A stretch of 12,002 bases of DNA, taken from NCBI GenBank assembly GCA_044869275.1, contig JBIOXB010000188.1, forward strand, positions 1 to 12,002, written 5' to 3'. Of this stretch, positions 1 through 6,287 are shown in pieces. A program made the translations under genes and the position numbers. Positions within the stretch are counted from its first letter, which is position 1; every line of letters starts with the position of its first letter. The notes beneath the pieces are model-generated. The model had not been told where the DNA came from. It was given only the letters and a program-made list of their open reading frames with translations, and did no database searches. Origin of the DNA: a bacterium. GTDB lineage: Bacteria > Zhuqueibacterota > Zhuqueibacteria > Zhuqueibacterales > Zhuqueibacteraceae.

Positions 1-2
1 AC

Positions 3-668
3 TATTTGATTGATGACCGTGACCGGAATAATCCGGTGGTGATGATTGCCAGCCGCACGAAATTTCTGCGCCAGTATTTCAAGTACATCAGAAGCGGCGC
101 GCTCCGGATCGAAGCCACCAGCAACAACAGTAATTTTGATCCTGTGGTGTTTATCAACAAGAACGGCAGATATGTCGTGGTGGTCAAAGCAACGGGAGCA
201 GGTGACTTTTCAGTTCAAGGTTTGCCAGGCGGCAATTATGGTATTAAATATACGACGGCCAGCCAGTATGATATTGATTTGCCGGACGTGGTCATTGGCC
301 CCGGCCAGACAGTCAAGACAAACATCCCAGCGTCTGGAGTAATCACCGTGTATGCCAAGGATTCAATACCAACTTCGGTGGGGGCGTCTGCAATCAGTCC
401 ACCGGTGGGTTTTTATTTATATCAAAACCATCCCAATCCTTTCAATGCCATAACCACCGTGGAGTATCATTTGCTAAAGACCGGCAGGGTGAAGCTGGCT
501 ATCATTGACTTGATAGGTCAGGAAATCGCCCTTCTGGTGGACTCGCGACAGGAAGCTGGAGTCCATCAGGCCCGTTGGGATGCGAGCCACGTGAATTCGG
601 GAATATATCTGTACCAGTTAGAGGTCGAAGGGGCCACCCAAAACCGAAAGTTACTATTACTGAAATAG
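3..668 (+). CDS. 5'-truncated secreted protein: GH30-like C-terminal beta-sandwich followed by a T9SS (Por secretion) type A C-terminal sorting domain
   Basis: The frame is open from the window edge (TAT at 3; TTG at 6 is probably not the true start). LRQYFKYIRSGALRIEATSNNSNFDPVVFINKNGRYVVVV resembles the GH30 junction motif (F-x-K-F/Y-I-R-P/S-G-A-x-R ... A/V-F-x-N-x-D/N-G-x-x-V-V-V). From 411: FYLYQNHPNPFN..T.VEYHL..G.VKLAI.DLIGQEIALLV..QEAG.H...WDAS...SGIYLYQL...RKLLLLK, a typical T9SS CTD. Confidence 0.85.
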   Translation, partial: YLIDDRDRNNPVVMIASRTKFLRQYFKYIRSGALRIEATSNNSNFDPVVFINKNGRYVVVVKATGAGDFSVQGLPGGNYGIKYTTASQYDIDLPDVVIGPGQTVKTNIPASGVITVYAKDSIPTSVGASAISPPVGFYLYQNHPNPFNAITTVEYHLLKTGRVKLAIIDLIGQEIALLVDSRQEAGVHQARWDASHVNSGIYLYQLEVEGATQNRKLLLLK

Positions 669-748
669 CTGCATTTTTCCGCGCCCGACTGATTCCCACG
701 AGATCAGGAACGTCACCCCGAACCACTTTCAGATTGCACTAGGCAACG

Positions 749-2953
749 ATGGCCAAAATACCTTCTGTCATGTTTCGAAAGCATGCGATCGTCCACACAT
801 TTTTGACGGTGATGGTGCTGGTATGTGTGAGCCCCGATCCGGCCCAAGCCTACATTGGGCCCGGAGCGGGCTTTGCACTCATATCGTCTTTCTTGACTTT
901 GTTCTTGTCTTTCTTCCTGGCATTTTTTTCGTTTTTGACGTGGCCGTTTAGAATGCTGGTCATTATGATTCGGCGACGGAAAGCCTTTGCCCATGCCCAG
1001 GCCGATCGCGTAATTATTCTCGGCCTGGACGGCCTCGACCCCGAGCTTTGCGAAAAATATATGGCCGCCGGCAAGATGCCGCATTTTTCGCGCCTCAAGC
1101 ACATGGGTTCCTTCAAGAGGCTGGCCACGACCTATCCGGCGTTATCTCCGGTGGCGTGGTCGACTTTTGCCACCGGTGTGAATCCGGCACGCCACAACAT
1201 CTATGACTTCTTGATGAGAAATCCGCACACCTATCTGCCCGAGCTTTCTTCATCAAAAGTAAGTGCTCCCAAGCGTGTGCTGAACGTTGGCAAATATGCC
1301 ATTCCGCTGGGCAAGCCGGCCATCACCTCTCTGCGCAAAAGCAAATCATTTTGGAAAATTCTCGGAGAGTATGGCATTTTCAGCCATATCATTCGCGTGC
1401 CCATTACGTTTCCGCCGGAGGAATTCCGCGGCGCCATGCTGTCTGCCATGTGCACGCCGGACCTGCAAGGAACACAGGGTACATTCACGTTTTACGGCAC
1501 GGCGGACGACCAGGGCTCGAAGTATACCGGGGGCAAGCGCCTCCAACTGCAACGCCAGGGCAACGAAATGCGCGGCGAGCTCATCGGACCGCCCAATGTC
1601 ATCCGGAAATCGGCTGAGCCGATCAAGCTGCCGTTCGAGCTGACGGTTCATCCTGAAAAAAAGCAAGCCGAGATGAGAGTGGAGGGCAAAAAGTATGTTC
1701 TCCAGGAAAGAAAGCTCACCCCCTGGATCAAGTTATCCTTCAAGGCGGGCCTGGGCATCAAAATTTATGGCATCTGCCAATTCTATTTGAAACAAACCTC
1801 GCCGGAAGTGGCGCTTTATGCCTCACCCATCAATATTGACCCGGAAAAGCCGGCATTACCTATCTCGCATCCCTACTTTTTCTCGGTCTACTTCGCCAAG
1901 CTCTTCGGGAGCTACAGCACATTGGGGATGGCCGAGGACACCTGGGCGATGAACGAGCACGTCCTGGACGAAGAGGCGTTTCTTGAACAAGCCTATCGCA
2001 TTCACGGCGAACGCGAGCAGCAGTTCTTTCATGCGCTGGACAAAACCAGAAAGGGGGTATGCGCCTGCGTCTTTGACGGCACCGACCGCATTCAACATAT
2101 GTTTTTCCGTTATCTGGTCGACGGACATCCCGCCAATCGGGGCAAAGATCCAAATGCATATAAACACGTGATCGAAGACCTTTATCAACGCGCAGACCAT
2201 TTGCTTGGTCGGGTCATGGAGCGGATCGACAATAATACCATACTTCTGGCCATTTCTGATCATGGCTTTACCTCGTTTGTACGGGGCGTCGATCTCAATG
2301 CCTGGCTGCATCAGAACGGTTATCTGAAATTGAAGAATGGCGATCATGCCGCAGAGTACTTTCAAAATGTGGATTGGAGCAACACCAGGGCATATGCCGT
2401 CGGTCTGGGCGGGATGTACTTAAATGTGAAGGGGCGTGAAAAATTCGGTTGTGTTGAGCCTGGAGAGGAGGCAAAGCGGCTTAAAGACGAGATCGTGATG
2501 AAATTGTCCGGTCTCCGGGATCCTGCTACGGAAAAGATAGCCATCAACAAAGTGTACGATAGCAAAAAGATCTACTCCGGCGCCTATGTGGACGAAGCCC
2601 CAGACTTCATCATCGGATTTAACGCCGGCTATCGTATCTCCTGGGGAGCTGCCATTGGAAAAACCTCGCAGGAAGTATTCGAAGACAATATGAAATGCTG
2701 GAGCGGCGATCATTGCGTTGACCCCACTTTGGTTCCAGGTGTCCTCTTCTGCAACAGAAAGGTGCTGGCCGAAAAACCGAGGATTGCCGACCTGGCGCCA
2801 ACGGTGTTGAAATTGTTTGGCGTTCCGGTTCCCGCGTATATGGATGGCAAATCGCTCGAGTTCGCGGATTTTGAGGCCGAGAAAAAAAATGGTGGAATGG
2901 CGCCGTGCCATGTTTCTGAAAAAGACGAAAGCAATTATAGCTATCAGGGATAA
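749..2953 (+). CDS. Alkaline phosphatase superfamily protein (type I phosphodiesterase/nucleotide pyrophosphatase-like), paralog 1, with N-terminal signal peptide, YIGPGAG motif and TM anchor
   Basis: 734-aa ORF. Metal/catalytic motifs: VIILGLDGLDP, PALSPVAWSTFATGVNPARHNIYDF (Ser nucleophile position, codon 1145), DRIQH, ISDHGF, WSNTRAY, WSGDH, ADLAPTVL. N-terminus: hydrophobic stretch, AQA|YIGPGAG, second hydrophobic helix, RRRK. Alternative start ATG at 770. Confidence 0.9.
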   Translation: MAKIPSVMFRKHAIVHTFLTVMVLVCVSPDPAQAYIGPGAGFALISSFLTLFLSFFLAFFSFLTWPFRMLVIMIRRRKAFAHAQADRVIILGLDGLDPELCEKYMAAGKMPHFSRLKHMGSFKRLATTYPALSPVAWSTFATGVNPARHNIYDFLMRNPHTYLPELSSSKVSAPKRVLNVGKYAIPLGKPAITSLRKSKSFWKILGEYGIFSHIIRVPITFPPEEFRGAMLSAMCTPDLQGTQGTFTFYGTADDQGSKYTGGKRLQLQRQGNEMRGELIGPPNVIRKSAEPIKLPFELTVHPEKKQAEMRVEGKKYVLQERKLTPWIKLSFKAGLGIKIYGICQFYLKQTSPEVALYASPINIDPEKPALPISHPYFFSVYFAKLFGSYSTLGMAEDTWAMNEHVLDEEAFLEQAYRIHGEREQQFFHALDKTRKGVCACVFDGTDRIQHMFFRYLVDGHPANRGKDPNAYKHVIEDLYQRADHLLGRVMERIDNNTILLAISDHGFTSFVRGVDLNAWLHQNGYLKLKNGDHAAEYFQNVDWSNTRAYAVGLGGMYLNVKGREKFGCVEPGEEAKRLKDEIVMKLSGLRDPATEKIAINKVYDSKKIYSGAYVDEAPDFIIGFNAGYRISWGAAIGKTSQEVFEDNMKCWSGDHCVDPTLVPGVLFCNRKVLAEKPRIADLAPTVLKLFGVPVPAYMDGKSLEFADFEAEKKNGGMAPCHVSEKDESNYSYQG

Positions 2954-2960
2954 TTTTTGC

Positions 2961-4985
2961 ATGAAAAGGACGTTCCGATCGCCGGTAAAACTCTTCGCTT
3001 ACAACGCTCTCATTGTTCCCTGCGGCTTTGTAGCTTTGTTGTTCATCTTGGGTTGTGGCTCGGTGCGGCCTCCGGCAACAAACCACAAAGTTTTAGTCCT
3101 CGGGATTGATGGACTGGATCCTCGGATTTTGCAGGATTTCATCGCACAAGGCAAATTGCCCCATTTCAAGCGATTGCAGGAACAGGGCGGTTTTAAGCCC
3201 CTCACCACGAGCATGCCGCCGCAAAGCCCGGTGGCGTGGTCTAATTTCATCACCGGCATGGATCCCGGCGGGCACGGCATTTTCGACTTTATTCATCGTG
3301 ATCCCAACACGCTTCTGCCGTATCTCTCGACTTCCCAGATGACGCCCTCGCAGAAATCAATTGAAATCGGTGACTGGATCTTGCCGCTGTCTTCCGGCAA
3401 GGCCGAGCTGTTGCGCAAAGGCAAGGCCTTTTGGGAGTATTTGAACGAATATGAGATACCGACAACCATTATTAAGGTGCCGGCCAATTTCCCGCCTGTC
3501 GAAACGAGAGGCCATGCCATTTCTGGGATGGGAACCCCGGATCTACTCGGCACTTATGGGATCTTCACTTATTTTACTGATGATCCCGCCGCGACGGATA
3601 AAACCGTTTCCGGCGGCCGTGTCGTCAAAGTGATCAAAGAAGAGAACACGATACATGCCAGGCTGCCTGGACCACATAATCCGTTCAAGAAAGGCAACCC
3701 GGATACCGGGGTCAATTTTACCGTTTGGGTGGACACTGTCAATCCGGTAGGGAAAATAGCATTGCAAGACACAGAACTGTTGTTGAATGCCGGAGAATGG
3801 AGCGGCTGGATTCCTGTCGAATTTGAAATGATGCCCTTGGTTCAGAATGTCACTGGAATTGTGAGATTTTTTCTTAAGGAAGTTCATCCGCATTTTCGCT
3901 TGTACGTGAGTCCGATTAACATCAATCCCGCCGATCCAGCTTTGCCCATCTCTTCTCCCAACGATTATGCGGCCGAGGTCTGTGAAGAAGTCGGATTTTT
4001 TCACACACTGGGGATACCGGAAGATACGAAAGCGCTGCAGGCCGGCATACTCGATGATCGTGAGTATTGGCAACAGGCCGAAGCCGTCTTGACGGAGGAA
4101 ATGAAAATATTTGACTATGCTTTGGCGGGCTTCGACGCCGGGCTGTTGTTTTACTATTTTTCGAGCGTCGATCAAAATTATCACATGTTTTGGCGTGCGG
4201 CCGACAACAAGCACGTGCTTTATTCCGACACGCTCCATCAACAATTTGGGGAGCTTCTCGCCAGGCTTTACGTAAAGATGGATGAGGTGGTGGGCCGTGC
4301 TTTGGAAAAAACTGAAGGCGGCAACACCACGCTGTTGGTCATGTCGGATCATGGTTTTGCCCCCTTTTATCGCGCATTTCATCTGAACACATGGTTGAAA
4401 AACGAAGGTTATCTGGTTCTGAAGGATGAGTCCCGGCAGGGAAGAGACGAATTGCTGCAGAACATCGATTGGCGCAAGACCAAAGCCTACGCCATGGGTC
4501 TCAACGGCTTATACCTGAATATTCGTGACCGCGAGCCGTTCGGAATAGTGCAACAAGGCAAAGAAGCAGAAGAGCTGTTGGAGGAACTATCCCGGAAATT
4601 ATTGGCGTTTAAGGATCCGCAGAACAATCAGCCGGTTTTTGCCAAAATCTATCGTGCCACCGAAATCTATCATGGTCCCTACGTGCAGCAAGCGCCCGAT
4701 CTTTTGACCGGATTTCATCGCGGCTATCGCGTCTCATGGGAGACGGCCTTGGGCGGGGTTCCCAAGGAAGTAATGGTTGACAACAAGGACAAATGGAGCG
4801 GAGACCATTGCATGGCAGCGGAATTGGTGCCGGGGGTGGTCATGAGCAACAAACCGATTCTCGTGGAATCTCCCGCCTTGTATGATTTGGCCCCTACCAT
4901 ACTGCAGGAATTCGGGCTCGAGAAAGGTGAGCAAATGATCGGCAATTCCATTTTCACAGCAGCGACTGCCGGGCTGAACAATTGA
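2961..4985 (+). CDS. Alkaline phosphatase superfamily protein (phosphodiesterase/NPP-like), paralog 2, predicted lipoprotein
   Basis: Start moved from the track's 2817 to ATG 2961 (AGGGA at 2946-2950; begins just after the upstream stop), giving 674 aa. Lipobox-like ILG-C at Cys32 (codon 3054) after a basic N-region and hydrophobic stretch. Motifs VLVLGIDGLDP, PPQSPVAWSNFITGMDPGGHGIFDF, DQNYH, MSDHGF, WRKTKAY, WSGDH, YDLAPTIL are colinear with paralog 1. Confidence 0.9.
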   Translation: MKRTFRSPVKLFAYNALIVPCGFVALLFILGCGSVRPPATNHKVLVLGIDGLDPRILQDFIAQGKLPHFKRLQEQGGFKPLTTSMPPQSPVAWSNFITGMDPGGHGIFDFIHRDPNTLLPYLSTSQMTPSQKSIEIGDWILPLSSGKAELLRKGKAFWEYLNEYEIPTTIIKVPANFPPVETRGHAISGMGTPDLLGTYGIFTYFTDDPAATDKTVSGGRVVKVIKEENTIHARLPGPHNPFKKGNPDTGVNFTVWVDTVNPVGKIALQDTELLLNAGEWSGWIPVEFEMMPLVQNVTGIVRFFLKEVHPHFRLYVSPININPADPALPISSPNDYAAEVCEEVGFFHTLGIPEDTKALQAGILDDREYWQQAEAVLTEEMKIFDYALAGFDAGLLFYYFSSVDQNYHMFWRAADNKHVLYSDTLHQQFGELLARLYVKMDEVVGRALEKTEGGNTTLLVMSDHGFAPFYRAFHLNTWLKNEGYLVLKDESRQGRDELLQNIDWRKTKAYAMGLNGLYLNIRDREPFGIVQQGKEAEELLEELSRKLLAFKDPQNNQPVFAKIYRATEIYHGPYVQQAPDLLTGFHRGYRVSWETALGGVPKEVMVDNKDKWSGDHCMAAELVPGVVMSNKPILVESPALYDLAPTILQEFGLEKGEQMIGNSIFTAATAGLNN

Positions 4986-5013
4986 AGCCACACACAATTG
5001 AAATCTTTGCAAA

Positions 5014-5031
5014 AAAGCAAGCTCTTGCTTT
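5014..5031. promoter_or_regulatory. Palindromic operator-like site AAAGCAAG-CT-CTTGCTTT
   Basis: Perfect 8-bp inverted repeat (5014-5021 / 5024-5031) with a 2-nt spacer, too tight for an RNA hairpin, in the intergenic region upstream of the RHH-like gene. Function is inferred. Confidence 0.4.
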
Positions 5032-5039
5032 ACATATCG

Positions 5040-5081
5040 CGTTTTACGGATCACCTCATGCGTAATCCGTAAAACGTAATC
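5040..5081. repeat. Inverted repeat with heptamer-periodic CGTAANN units (hairpin element A)
   Basis: CGTTTTACGGAT (5040-5051) and ATCCGTAAAACG (5065-5076) form a perfect 12-bp stem with a 13-nt loop. Tandem 7-mers CGTAATC-CGTAAAA-CGTAATC lie at 5061-5081. Confidence 0.75.
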
Positions 5082-5104
5082 GAACCGAAATGAAAGGCTA
5101 TGCG

Positions 5105-5296
5105 ATGAGCAAAAAGATCAAGCTCGACGATGAGCTCTACAACAAGGCGCAACGGCACGCTGAAATTGCCGGCTATGCTTCCATCGATGAATTTGTCGCG
5201 CACATACTCGGGAAGGAAATGGCAAAAATTGAGGAAGGGGGCGATTCCATGGAAGAAGTGGAAAAGCGTTTGCGCGGTTTGGGCTATATCTCGTAG
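5105..5296 (+). CDS. Small protein: ribbon-helix-helix (CopG-like) N-terminus with C-terminal EEVEKRLRGLGY motif
   Basis: 63 aa from ATG 5105 (GAAAGG at 5092-5097); alternative start 5090. KKIKLDDELYNKAQRHAEIAGYASIDEFVAHIL fits the RHH pattern (short beta strand, helix, G-x-x-S turn, helix). The tail matches the E-E-x-x-x-R-L-x-x-L-G-Y motif seen at the ends of many sulfatase/phosphodiesterase-family proteins. Confidence 0.85.
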   Translation: MSKKIKLDDELYNKAQRHAEIAGYASIDEFVAHILGKEMAKIEEGGDSMEEVEKRLRGLGYIS

Positions 5297-5319
5297 CGCG
5301 GCTGGGCCGCTGTCAATCA

Positions 5320-5395
5320 GATTGTTTGCACCTCACGCGTCGCAAATTACGCCTTACAGGCTTGTGGAGCGTAATTCGTAACGCGAAAGGCAATC
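5320..5395. repeat. Long imperfect inverted repeat with heptamer periodicity (hairpin element B)
   Basis: AATTACGC (5345-5352) pairs with GCGTAATT (5369-5376), CGCGT (5336-5340) with ACGCG (5381-5385), and GATTG (5320-5324) with CAATC (5391-5395). The right arm reads CGTAATT-CGTAACG-CGAAAGG (5370-5390). Confidence 0.6.
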
Positions 5396-5443
5396 GCATT
5401 GAAATTTGAATGATCACAAAAATGAATATGCTCGATTGAAGCT

Positions 5444-6262
5444 ATGGCGACCCTGAACAGTATCTTGAATACGGTTTTTGATTTGATTCTATATCCTTTT
5501 CGAGGCCTGGCCCCCATTTACGGGCTGATTGCCGTTGCGTTGGTCACGGGCTTGTTGATGTTGATTATTTTTAGAAAGACTTCAAACCAGCACATCATAA
5601 AGCAAGTGAAGGATCGAATAAAGGCCCATTTGCTCGAGTTGCGTTTGTACAAAGACGATCTCGCCCTTTCCTATGTCGCTATGAAGGGAGTCCTGCAAGC
5701 CAATGCGAAGTACTTGCTACAGGCGATCAGGCCGATGCTCGCGCTCATGGTGCCGACGATTTTGATTTTGATTCAACTGGCGATACGATACGAACATCGA
5801 CCATTGCAGATAGGCGAAAGTGCCATTATCTCGCTCAATCTCGCCAGCGCTTCAGCTATCAATAACGTCAAGGCCGGTTTTCCCGATGGCATTCGTGCCG
5901 AGACGCCGCCTTTGCGGATCGGGCAAAAAAATCAAATCGATTGGCGCATCAAAGCGACAACGGAAGGGCATTGGCAGATCGATTTTCGGATAGGTGATGA
6001 AGTCGTTACCAAGGAGCTGATTGTTGGAGAAAAGCTGGAGCCCTTGTCACCTCGCCGCGCGGGAGGAAGCTTTGTGGATTCGTTTTTGAATCCTGTAGAA
6101 ACGTCTCTCTCCTCCGCCTCCGCGGTCAAGGAAATTAGCCTCCAATATCCCGATCGAAGCTTATCGTTTTTGGGCCAGGATATGAACTGGCTGTTCATAT
6201 ATTTTGGATTTTCCTTGGTGACTGGATTCGCCCTGAAAGGATTCTTGGGTGTCGAAATTTAG
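5444..6262 (+). CDS. Membrane protein, EMC3/TMCO1 (DUF106, Oxa1 superfamily)-like, with an inserted extracytoplasmic beta-domain
   Basis: 272 aa. Amphipathic N-terminal helix, TM1 (YGLIAVALVTGLLMLIIF), charged helical loop (RKTSNQHIIKQVKDRIKAHLLELRLYKDD), TM2 (RPMLALMVPTILILIQL), about 140 aa of soluble beta-rich sequence, and TM3 (WLFIYFGFSLVTGFALKGFLG). The coding call is secure; the family call is by architecture and recalled motifs. Confidence 0.7.
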   Translation: MATLNSILNTVFDLILYPFRGLAPIYGLIAVALVTGLLMLIIFRKTSNQHIIKQVKDRIKAHLLELRLYKDDLALSYVAMKGVLQANAKYLLQAIRPMLALMVPTILILIQLAIRYEHRPLQIGESAIISLNLASASAINNVKAGFPDGIRAETPPLRIGQKNQIDWRIKATTEGHWQIDFRIGDEVVTKELIVGEKLEPLSPRRAGGSFVDSFLNPVETSLSSASAVKEISLQYPDRSLSFLGQDMNWLFIYFGFSLVTGFALKGFLGVEI

Positions 6263-6287
6263 CAGGATGCCAGAGAAGAGCAAGGCC

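Noticed and set aside
1136..1160. Calling the AP-superfamily paralogs sulfatases
   Set aside because: No (C/S)xPxR formylglycine motif. The metal-ligand pattern is NPP/phosphodiesterase-like, although sulfate chemistry cannot be excluded.
2817..2960. Track's extended N-terminus for paralog 2
   Set aside because: It overlaps the upstream gene by over 130 nt. ATG 2961 has an RBS-like AGGGA and gives a sensible lipoprotein signal.
3543..4382. 279-aa minus-strand ORF, and the other minus-strand ORFs in the track (e.g. 1856-2365, 2420-2962, 11349-11804)
   Set aside because: They are antisense shadows of well-supported + strand genes and show no recognisable motifs.
5007..5036. Sigma70 promoter (TTGCAA ... 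TTACAT/TACATA)
   Set aside because: The -10 match is poor at acceptable spacing and cannot be supported without TSS data.
5298..5310. GCGGC-TGG-GCCGC mini-hairpin after the small gene as a terminator
   Set aside because: Only 5 bp with a 3-nt loop and no U-tract.
5130..5381. 83-aa alternative-frame ORF overlapping the small LGY gene
   Set aside because: The 5105-5296 frame has an RBS and recognisable RHH and LGY motifs. This frame has none and runs into a hairpin.
5040..5395. CRISPR array or IS ends
   Set aside because: No regularly spaced 23-50-nt direct repeats with unique spacers, no cas or transposase gene, and no target-site duplication seen.
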